From: the human T2T-CHM13v2.0 reference genome, Homo sapiens
Length of the DNA stretch: 64,000 bases
Reading direction: 5' to 3' (one strand)
Assembly (NCBI RefSeq): GCF_009914755.1
Contig: NC_060929.1
Part shown: positions 14,045 through 25,817 of the stretch, one piece after another
How the letters are laid out: every line of letters begins with the position of its first letter
Numbering within the stretch: the first letter of the stretch is position 1
Notes under the pieces: model-generated
Seen by the model: only the letters and a program-made list of their open reading frames with translations
Told to the model about the DNA's origin: nothing
Database searches by the model: none
Program-made: the position numbers and the translations under genes

Positions 14045-14270
14045 AGCCTAAGAGTTAAGAGCTGGGGCCTGATGGTGGCATTTACTGTGTTTAAATGCCC
14101 AATCTCTTTCATTAGCAGTGAAAACTTGGGGTGAGTTTTTAGACCTCTGTTTCTTCATCTATAAAATGGGCATGAGGCTACCTACACAGGTATTGTACAA
14201 ATAAATGATGCAGGTGCATTTCTTAGCATGGTACCTGGCACATTCAAAATAGTGAATAAACATTAGCCTT
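14045..14270 (+). mobile_element. MIR SINE
   Basis: 'ctctgtttcttcatctataaaatgggcatga...cttagcatggtacctggcaca...taaacattagc'. Confidence 0.8.
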
Positions 14271-14976
14271 AAAAATTATTTTAGCTAATTAATTAATATA
14301 TGTGAAAGTGCATAGGAAATCACAAAGCATTTGACCTCCAAGTTGTTCCTATTTTGGGGCTTCATTGTACATGGTCAGATATTTTTTACAAATCCCAGTC
14401 CTTGTAGCTGTCACTCAAGTCCACATGATATACAGTCCTGGTGAGGGAAGTGAAGAGTCTGTGGATAAAATGGCCTATTCATATGGCAAAGCAAAATGGA
14501 GTCCAAAGTCTATTATTTCTTTCTTACTAAAGACAAAGTTGACTTTCCTTTTCCTGGATCATCTCCTGTTGGACAGGAGTCCTGGCCAGGGCAGTAAGTC
14601 AACTGGTAACGGCCAAAGCACTCAAGTTTGTAGGTTGTACTGTACATCTTAGTAGGTCTGTGTCTTTATGACTTAATCCCAGAAGTCTTATCTTTTTCAT
14701 CTGTAAAACAGGGCTCATGGCCACTTTACAGGTTTGGAGTGAAGATAGATGGATAAAAATCTGTAAAGTTCCTTCAAAAACTGTATTCTGTGGCGGCTAG
14801 TGGCTGCTGCTTTGCATTTAACACTACTATCCTGAACACAGCTGATCTCTCTACAGGTTATTTCAGCAGAAGCCCTGGTCTAGGAGAGTCTATGAAGTTC
14901 CAGCTTACACCAGACATGACCAGCATCCAGAAAGACCTGAAAGAAGCTTGAATCCTCTCACTAGAATCCCTGCAAA

Positions 14977-14985
14977 ATGACTCAT
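14977..14985. promoter_or_regulatory. AP-1 site (ATGACTCAT), about 0.7 kb upstream of the TSS region
   Basis: Exact extended TRE consensus in non-repetitive proximal upstream DNA. Confidence 0.4.
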
Positions 14986-15399
14986 GTAATTGCTCTGTGT
15001 AAGTATCCTTAGTCTTTATTGTACACCCACACGATTCTGATGCTATAGACTCCTGTGGAATGCAGGGAAAGAGAGAAGGGGGCCCATTTTAAATGCCTAG
15101 GATTGAAAAGAGACCACCGTTTCACTTGTAAAGGTAGACAGGGACTGTCAAATACCTGGTCAAAATACCTGCCAGTCACTCCAGATCCTCCCTTGTTTGT
15201 CTATCTGTCATTCCTTCCATTAGGAGAGAGAAAGCTTTTTTTTTTTTTTCCTTTAAATTTCCTAGGAGGGATTTCTAGGGTCTTTCCCTCAGGAATTAGT
15301 TGTAGGAATAATTGGGCCAGTGGAGTGCAGGAGATATATCCAGCGCAGCCCATGCACTCCTAGAAAAAGTGACCTAGATCAAGCAGCTGGTGGATTGAG

Positions 15400-15684
15400 G
15401 ACTATTGTGGGGACCCCCTGCCACCTACTGACTTACAGCTGAACCCACATTCCCAGCAGCTTCAGCCTGGGGGCTGGGGGAGCGGGCAGACCGAGCTCAG
15501 AAAGGCAGGGGAGGGTAAAGAGGACTGTGGGGTTGCCCCTTTCAGGACCAAGTGCCACGTGTCACACACCCCCACCTCCACCTTTCTGCACACACAGAAA
15601 GGAGGATAAGGTGAGGATGGGAGGAAGGGGGAACAGGTAGGGAGGTCGGCTGTGGAACTCCAAGCTAGCTCGGTGGGTATTAGC
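15400..15684 (+). promoter_or_regulatory. GRIA1: GRIA1 proximal promoter, apparently TATA-less and G/purine-rich, with E-box CACGTG at 15556-15561
   Basis: Raised GC and CpG immediately upstream of exon 1, no TATA box seen, and 'tgcCACGTGtca' E-box/bZIP-like element. Confidence 0.65.
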
Positions 15685-16136
<452 letters not shown>

Positions 16137-17359
16137 TGAGGGGGCAGCCTGGGGAGGGACTTTCTGGGTCTGGCCAGGGATTTTTTTGGGGATAGGGGTT
16201 GTGTACCCCCTCCCCGGTACTGACTGTTTTGCTTGGCTCCCTAAAGCTGTGCTGCGGTAACAGAAGGGAGACTTGGGCTTACAGCCAGAGGAGGGGGCTT
16301 CTCCTGATCGGATGAGGGGCAGAGGGGAAGTGTTCACACACGCACACATACCCTACTCGCACTCCAGGCAAGAGCATGTGAAATGGAGGAACCATCGCTT
16401 TGGAGGAAAAAAAAAATCAGGCTGGAAAGGGTGGTGGGTGTTTAAGGAGTTAACTCTATTGCTTGGTAGATGGTGCTTGATTCCATTTTTAATGTAAGTA
16501 TGTATGGTGTGTGTGTTTTCACGTGTGTGATTATATATTACATATGCACATATATATGTAATTGAAGGAGGCAGTGCTTTCTCTGCTGGGGGACAGAAAA
16601 GAGACCCTCGAGAAGAAGGAGTGAGGGGTGCTGGGTATATTGCAGCCACTGAAATAATGCCAGAAGGCCCCCACTCCAAGGCGGGTAGGCTCCCTCTCCT
16701 GTTCTGGACTCCTCCAGCTGCCTTCTCTTTGCTGTCTGCCATGCTGCGCTGGTGGTCTCCACTCCCCCGATCCTGGAACTTCCTAGCCTGCCTTTTCTCC
16801 GTTCCTTCCTTGCCCCCTCCTCTTAGATTTCCTATCCACAGAGGTCTACCTTTTACACACACAAACACACACACGTACACATGCTCCTTTCTCCTCCTGT
16901 TGGCTCTCCATTATCCTTGTTACTGGGCTCCATCCTCTCAACTTGGAGGCAGGTTTCAACATGCTGCATGCTTTTTTTGTTCCCCATTTCCCCTTCTTAG
17001 TTGTTACACTTCTCAAAGGCCCCGCCACCCTCCCTGTATTTCTGAGGGGACTGACAGATATTGCTACTCCTGATAATCATGAGGGAAAGCAAAACAAACA
17101 GAAGCAATAACACCAATCACAAAGCATGTCCACAAGGGCTTGGGGCTTCCGTGTGACCAGCATGTCAGTGTCGTTTGTGTCCCGGAATGAAGCAAGCTGC
17201 TGTGTTTGGAAGCATCTTCGTTGGTTTGGTTTCTAGTCTCTCTCCCCTGGTAGGGAGATAGCTCCACTAGGGAAAGTTCGCATTGCTGGGAGTTTGTGCT
17301 CTTTTGTGAGTGTGTGTTTGAGGGGGGATGTGGTGCAATTGATATTTTGTCGGGCATAC

Positions 17360-17471
17360 ATGTGCTGCAGTACCCATCTCTTTCAGCCTCTCCAGCTAGC
17401 TGGCGGCTTGGAGTGGCCATGGAGTAACTTGCTTTGTTTCCTGACACCTGTTAAGCTACATCCTGAAGTGT
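17360..17471 (+). CDS. GRIA1: GRIA1 alternative first coding exon (alternative N-terminus)
   Basis: Translates as MCCSTHLFQPLQLAGGLEWPWSNLLCFLTPVKLHPEV. It is 112 nt, ends in phase 1 at T|gtacgt and joins exon 2 in frame (T+GG=W, then GLFPN). I recall this N-terminus in annotated longer GluA1 isoforms. Confidence 0.75.
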
Positions 17472-19054
17472 GTACGTATCTGTGTGTTAGTGCCTAACAC
17501 GCAAAACTTCCTGCCTTCAGGGGAGACACTTCCCTTGTAGCCCAGCCCGTAGCCTTCTACTCCTCAACCTCCCATCCTTTCTCTTTCATTCATTGCAGAG
17601 GAGGAGAAAGGGGACAGGGAAGTGTTTGGGGTGTGGTCATCTGGGGGGAAGGGGGAGCATCATAATCAAGAATTTTTTTTGTTTTCATTCTTTAAAATGG
17701 GAGCACTTGTACATGTGGAAATCACTGGCTCTTACATGTGGCATTGTTTACATTTGTGCTTATATACTACCTATCCTTTGTGGCTTGGAAGTGTTTGTCT
17801 AGTATATTTGTGTATATAGTAAATGGTATAAATGCATGAGGATGTTTCATGTATGTGCTATGTTTTCTCATGTATCTCTGCATATTTTTAAAATTATATT
17901 TAGCCCTAACTTGGTTGTTCAACTGATAAAGCCATTGCTACTGTTTTCAAAAAAAAAAGAGATTGAAGCATTAAATTGTAGAACAAAATGCTGAAAATAT
18001 CACTGCCATCAGGTAGTACTTGATTCTATTTGTGTGATCTGTAACAAAAGGCTTGCAATCCATTTATTGGTTCTTAAAAACAGACACCCACTCTACAAGA
18101 AGTTAGAAGTGCATTATGTTTGGACTGTGATTACTGTCAGATTTGAGATAAACTTCTATGTAAACATCATTATAGTTCAGTCTCTAGAAATGGCTGATTT
18201 TAATTCACAGAAATGTAATTGATTTACATGTTGACAGTAAATACAAAGGTAAGCCATGGACTCTTGTTTCTCGGAACAGGCATCCCATCAGGCACCTTTA
18301 CTATACCTTTTACTAGAATAGAATGTTTGTATCCTCTTGAGATGCCTAAGATCCCACATCTTTGAAGCACAAGGTTCCACCATGCAAACACACAATGGCA
18401 ATCCCTTATGTAACAAGTCATTCCTAGGTAACTGGGATCATGTGTGGTGAAAGAGTAAGCAAAACATTGTTTGCAGAAAAGCAAGAGTTTTTAGAGAAAA
18501 TGAATAATAAACCTTAGGGGCAATAGAATAGTTAAATTGCATGCAGGTCTTGCTAGGCCAAAGACTAAAAACTGTCCATGTAAACAGTTATAGTAGTGGA
18601 GAAGCCCACAGGGTCCCAGAGCTAGATTTCAATCACCCTGCAGCACTGATTAGTACCTACTTCCCGTAAGGCTCTCTGGTGAGAGATGAGGCTGATGTAA
18701 GAAAAATTAGACATGACTAGAGGGTGAGGGGGCTTATGTGTATGTTTATATAAGAGAATAGCAGCTCCTAGGTGGTTTGCACAAGGGAGGAAGAAGAGAA
18801 ATGGCACAAGTCTCCTGTTTTCTCTGACTTTAGCTGAGTTGAGGGGTACACAATCAAATGTTTGAGCAAAGTAATAGATATTAGAGGCCCATGTCACAAA
18901 AAAGCTCATCTGTAGGAGTTTAAGTTTCAGTGTCCAGTTAAGCCTATTTGAACTCTCATCTCTACCACTCAAGGCTACAGCTAGTGAGTTTGGCATGGGG
19001 AGAAGAAAAGGACTCATCTGGAGTGAGTCGTGAGGAACTAAAACCTGTCTCTAG

Positions 19055-19231
<177 letters not shown>

Positions 19232-20314
19232 TAATTGCTTCTATTTCTGAGATGTCTTTCTGCGCTAGACCAATGAAAGGAGGGCCTGTGGGTAGGTGGT
19301 GGTGTTGCAAAAATGACTTCAGTTGCCATTCGTCTTTGTAAGAGAAAGCCCTCCAAGAAAAATTTCTAGAGGCTTCTGAGTGATTCCAGCAGTTGGCATT
19401 TTAGCCCCTGCAATGCTTCATGTAATGGATTTGCTTTTTCACTGTCAGCTAACTTTAATGCCAGCACGATGGGTGCTTGGGTTGACTGCATCTTCCCTAC
19501 CTTGCAGAGGTTTTCTGGCACAGCTGAGAGAGTTTTACACATACGAATCTTCTGAGAGGCATAGAATTAAGGGTCCTGAGTTTGTGAAAATGTGGTTTAA
19601 AGTGCTTAAGGCATTTCCTATCTACATGTTAAATGGACAGAATGTAGCTTGATAAGAAATAATAGCTGAGAAGTTGTACACATCTGGTTCTTCATTTTCG
19701 GAAGTGACCAATAATTAAAACTTGGTGCCTTGGTCATTTTAAAAATAGCTTGAGGAAATTGGTTGTTTAAGGCACAGTTTGTAGGATGGTCATTGAGCAT
19801 CAAACAGAACAAAGGTGGCCTCAAGAAGAAGGGATAGATAAATCTCTGACATCTGAATTGAATGCATTGTAAAATGTGGGCAACAAACACCATTCTGAGT
19901 TTTCCTGGCAACTAGGAATGAAAAGGAAGCCTGTGCTCACATGATTGGCTTTTCATGACAGATGAAAGCATAAAAATTAATCAGGAAACATATTTTCCCT
20001 TCAGGGATTAAGCTCAAGTAAAAATTTATGGCAGGGAAATGTGAGCTGAATTCACAAGAACAATTTGAGACCCCAAACTGGATTGAATTGGCACGATAGT
20101 CTTGGTGTGTCACTATTGACTTGGTGACTTCTGCTGAGCTGTCTCTGGTGGAAGTCATGGACCATATTTCCTTTGTGTCTTTCTCATAGTCCCACTGGTG
20201 AGTTCTCAATGATTTGAATAGGCTATGCTTTGAAGTCTCAAAATGAGAAGTCAGAATTCTTTCTATCCCAAAGACCACTCCTAAAATAATGTTGTTACAA
20301 ATTCCAAGAACTAT

Positions 20315-20620
20315 AATTATAGCAGATTTCATTTATTGAGAACTTACTGTGCATCAGAACTATGATAAATACTTTATAGTCATTTATAGTCACATTCATT
20401 ACCATGTATTAAGCACTGACTACAGCCCATGTAATGCACTAATTGCTTTTTATGTGTTAGCTCATTTAATCCTCACAGGAGCTTTGCAGAGTACTAGACA
20501 TTATCTTCCTTTTAGAGATGAGAAAACTGAGGCTACAACAGATTATATAACTTGCCCAAGGTTACTCAGGAAGCAAATGGTGGTTTTGAGACCTGAAGGT
20601 CCATGTTCCTGGATACTGTG
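20315..20620 (-). mobile_element. MIR SINE (with a partially duplicated 3' part)
   Basis: 'ctcatttaatcctcaca...tttagagatgagaaaactgaggct...aacttgcccaaggttac'. Confidence 0.8.
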
Positions 20621-22574
20621 ACAGATACACTGATTCTTATGGTACCCTAATCAACTAGTGGGATTACCCAAGAAATGAAAGGGAATTTTCAGGGTCTTGT
20701 AAGGCAGAGGTCTAATAAAGTACCTAAGGAGAAAAACTTACAGTGTTTCAAACTGTAGCTATGATTTGCACAGGACTGGTCCATTGAATAAATAAAATAG
20801 CAATTCTTCATTTTGGTAATGCTGAGGTTGAAAATCTTATCTACTGTGTTACTCACTACCCTTAAAAAAATAGCTGAAGTTTAATTGCTGAATTTTAGTT
20901 CTATGAAACTATCTTTCTGGGAATCTAGAATAATACTGAGTAGCTATTTTGCTATTAGATAACCTTTCTTTACTTTTTAATGTGGCTTTGATTAGGGTCT
21001 TTGGAAGGGGCATTTGGTTGGGGGCATCAGTGTACCTATAAATGTTTAAACGCATATACATGTGCTAATTTATTTCCTGGAGCAGGGCTCCATAGCTTTT
21101 GTCATACTTTATAGCTTTTGTATTACTTGCATAGAGAATCAAGAATAAATAGCTGGTGTGTGTATTCACTCATGCTGCTGAGAAATATCTACAGCAGGTT
21201 TTGGTTGAAAGAGATGTGAACTGCTCTCCTAGTAGTGTCAAGATGTTGACTGGCACAGCAAGAAAATAAAAGACAAAAATAGGAGAAAAGGTTCTAAGGC
21301 AAAAGGTGGTGCTTCTGTCTTGTTATCTCAGCAACCTAAGACTTGATCTCTAATAGGGTTAATGACTGTTTATTAGGGAGACAGAAATATGATACAGACA
21401 ATGTTGTTCATTTTGGTCAACAGGCCTGGAGTGGATGAATCTGAGTTCTTGAACTTGATGCTGCCATCCATGAACTAGTGTACAGGTTTCCATGAATTCC
21501 TGTCTTGTTCGTTCAGTTAATTCTTTAAGTGTTTCTTCAAAGCTATAAACTGAAATAGATATTGGAAATACAGAGATGATAAAATGCCCTTGCTCTCAGG
21601 TAGCTTACAGTCTAGTGGGAAACATTGTTATGGGGATTATCTGAGAAGCAATAATCTTATTTTGTGCTTAGACTTTGTGTTTCTTTTCTTTAGCTCCCAG
21701 ATCCCAAAGGGGGTACTGGGCAAGTTAGGTGGAAATGGTGGCCTGGCTGGAGGAGCCTCTCTTAAATTTCATGTAAGGCTAGGAATACTTTAGGGCTGTG
21801 TTCACTGTGGTCCATTGGTTTGGGAAAACTTTACATCTGTCCCAATTTTAATTGAGTAAAAAATGTCAGTGGGAGCAAAGCAGTTTTAGGAAGAATGTAC
21901 TCATTACTGATACATGGAAAAGCAAGAAAAGCATCTTATTCAGACTAATTTTCTGTGCTGTGTTTTTTGAAATCTGAATTAGTAGTTGCCTTAAATTAAC
22001 TGCCCAATAAGTCTTAGATCTAGAAAATGACCAAATTTTATTTGTTTTTTTTTCATAATTTTTGCTGTCATTTGATTTTTTCCCTTTGCATTTTGCTATT
22101 CATTGTCCCTCCACCAGAGGGTGGAGAAGGGAAGGGAGAGGAAGTGTAATGGGACCTGTTCATGCTAGACATGTTAGCAGCAGGGGACTAAAAATGAGGA
22201 GAGGTGGTTATATGGTAGGGAAGGTGGGGAAGATAGAAGAGGACTATGGCTACTACTACTGGCCAAGGTGAGAGTTTGGTGCCTTCTTCGTGTTCAATCT
22301 TTCTTGCTTCCCTGGTCTGCCATTGTTAAAGAGTAAAGCCATTGAATCAGCAACCCAATGCCTTGGGATCTCCTTTAAGCACTTTTCCAAGCTTACAGGG
22401 GTAGAGTTTGGGGAGATTGTGCATAGAGAAGATATTTACTGATCAGCTACCCAGCTTATTTTGGTGCCTTTGTGGTAAGTGTAAATAAAGGAATAAATGA
22501 AATGCTGATTGAGATTATTACTATTAGAGGTCTGAGTAGCATAGTTGCAGCTTAATTCTTACCTTTTAATTTAT

Positions 22575-23170
22575 TCACCTATTTATTCATTCATTCATTC
22601 AGCAAGTACATACTGAATGCCTACTTCATGCCAAACACTGGGCCAGACGCTAGGAATATAGGGGCCAGGAAAGAAGGCACAGCCTCTTTCCTTGTGGAGC
22701 TAACAGTTTAGCCCAGAGGTTCACAAACTTCAGTGCACTTAAAATTCACTCAGGGAGCTTGTTTAAAGCAAGACTCATGATGAACTTTTTACTTCTTGAA
22801 TCAAGATATTCAAGAGTAGGCCCTGGAGGAATTCTATAGCAATTATTATGGGGATTACACTTTAAGAATCTCTTTAATCTAAAAAGTCTTCCATCCCTTT
22901 AGTAAGCATTTTTGAGCCCTCAACCAAACCTAGGCATGACATAAAGTGCTACAAATGCAGACAACAGTAAGTTGCATTCCCCACCCTGGAGTACTTTATC
23001 CATAGTAAGACATTTTCTATCCTGTAAAGAGAAAATTAAAATGTAATGTTGTAAGTGCTATAGCAGCAATTTGTATGGAGTATTGAAGATTCCTTGAAGA
23101 GTGGAGTTTGTCTCTAGGAGGTGGTGATTGAATTGAGCCTCAACGATAAATAGGGTTATCTATCTGCAGA
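22575..23170 (-). mobile_element. L2 3' end interrupted by a MER5-like hAT element (about 22712-22872)
   Basis: 'attcattcattcattcagcaagtacatactgaatgcctac...' L2 tail, then 'cagaggttcacaaacttcagtgcac...cagggagcttgtttaaagc...cactttaagaa'. Confidence 0.6.
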
Positions 23171-24494
23171 AGGGGTCACCAAATATAGCCATCCACAAGC
23201 CAGTTCCAGCACAGAGACTGAGTTCTGGGCCCATACACTGTGTAAGAACCATGGAATTTCACATTAGAACTTGGACATCTTGTCTTGACTAATATTTTTA
23301 AATATTAAAATATCTGGCAACACTAGGGCCCAGGTCTATGCAGCCTCAATTTGCTGAGATGGGACAGAGTAAACCCCATCTACATGGCCTCTTTCCCAAT
23401 CAGCCCATTCTTCCCATTTTCTTTACCTGCTGGCTTTGGCAAGCATTGAGTTTGCAAGCCCTGATTGATAGCACTGCAATGTTGTCTGTGTTGTGTCTTT
23501 ATAGGTTAGCTTCACCACCAGAATATAAACTGCTGTCAGAAAGACCATGTATATCTATAGTTTAGTGTTGAGAACACTTGGAAATGCCTCTAATACAAAT
23601 GAATAAATGTCTGTAGGAGTCAGGGAATTACACAGCATAAAAATGTTCAGAGCCTCAATGACAATAGGTGAAAGGTAGCAACCCTAACTACAGTGGGATG
23701 CCCTCTGTCATGGACCTACTGGGGAAGCCCAGGGGCTTCCTAACAAGACATTAGGCACTGGCAACAGAGAGATGGCCTTAGCTCTTGCCTGAACATGGCT
23801 CATCAACTTCAGAGTTGCAACACAGATTTGTTTTTCTTGACCTACACAATGCTTTTTCATATTTGGCATAAAAATCCAGATTTCTGGCATCTTTAAAAAA
23901 AAAACTTAGGGCATTAAGCAACCCTAGGCCCACATTCCTGCTTAACTTCTATTTTCTAGAGCTGAGAAGTGCTGCCCTTTTTAAATACATAAACTCCCAA
24001 GTTAACCAAAGTTTCCATTACTTCCTGTTTGATTGCTAGAGTAATCAAATTATGTTGTTTGGGCAGGCCTGTAAGTAGGCCAATCTACTCATACCTGATT
24101 TATATCGTCAGCATTCATCATTTTATTATTTTCTTCTAATAATATCTATTACTTACCCTGTCAAAAATAATAAAAGACACAAAAGATGTATAACTCCTAC
24201 TCTCAAAAAAATTAGTGTGTATACAGTAATGAAGAGAATGGTGGCTGATGGTGGGATAAACAAGAATTATTTTGAAGACCTACTATGTGCCAAATACTTT
24301 GCAGATGTTGTCTTAAGTTTTATAACTGTCTTGAAAGGTGATTATCCCCATTTCATTGATGATGGTACTGAGACTGAGAGAGATTGTGTCTTCTTTATAT
24401 TATGCAACAAATAAAAACCTAAGCTAGTATTTAAAGCCAGTTTGGGGGGCTCCAAAACTCAATGAGCATTCTCCTTTTAAAGATCTATGAATAT

Positions 24495-24801
<307 letters not shown>

Positions 24802-25724
24802 CTATGAATATATGGACAGAGAAAAGTACCATAGCAGTGAAATAGCCCAACGGTAGAAGTGTCACAGTGGAATTTATGATTCAAGCTTAAGAGCTAAGTC
24901 TTCCAAGGCAGAAGCTATGACTGTGGATGATGAAAACTTCTTGGGGAAGGTGGAACTTTAGCAGGCATTAAAGGGTGGAGCAGATTTTGGTTGTGGAGTG
25001 GGAGGAGGGTATTTTGAGTGGGTAAAGTCACAATATTCCTCCTCGCCTCCCCTCAACCACTGCTGCATATGCTTGTTACCATGTGGTGGAGATTTGGGAG
25101 TTTGCCTCCTGCACCACACTATGTTCTCAGCTCCATGGCAGATGTCTACATTTCTCTGGTTAATGTTACAGTCTGAAGTTGGCTCCTCAATCTTCACCCG
25201 TGCCCTTACATTAAGGCACACAAGTGTTGACATTTGTCTGTGGTTGACTCTTGGCTCTTATTATAATATTGATAATCATCAGCTTTTATGGATAGAAAAA
25301 TCCTTGTAAACATTTCTTTCCCTGACTAGTTTGAAGATCCTGCTGGGATGAGTGAGCTTACTGCTCTCCTCTCAGCCACTCAGGATAAAGTGATCATATA
25401 GCACATTTGGAAAACTGGTAAGCTTCATGTATTTGTTCATTCATTCATTCATCCGAAACCCTTTTATTATCACCTTCTATGGGGATATGTACTGTCACTG
25501 CCCCACTCCATACCTTTGTAGACAGCATTAGTTGATTACAGAATTTTTTCCCACTGAATCTACACGTGGCCTCAAATTGGTGACAGCTGATGCAAGAGAT
25601 GAAATCCATTTTTCATTACAAGGCATTGCACTAGAAATTGAGAAAAATAAAATGCATTAGGCATTGATTTTCCTCTTAAGGGGCTCAGGTTCTTATAAAG
25701 GAAATAGGCATAAACCAAATCTGC

Positions 25725-25759
<35 letters not shown>

Positions 25760-25767
25760 CCCCTCTT

Positions 25768-25816
<49 letters not shown>
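25725..25816. repeat. Compound (TC)n-(CA)n microsatellite
   Basis: Directly visible. Confidence 0.95.

Positions 25817-25817
<1 letters not shown>

Noticed and set aside
15541-15561. RE1/NRSE-like 'ttcaggacca' in the promoter
   Set aside because: Only an imperfect left half-site. The GGACAG right half is absent.
16353-17073. Long ORFs in intron 1 (175 aa on the minus strand, 150 aa on the plus strand)
   Set aside because: They run through low-complexity CA/TG and CT-rich sequence, resemble no protein I know, and are expected in GC-rich promoter-proximal DNA.
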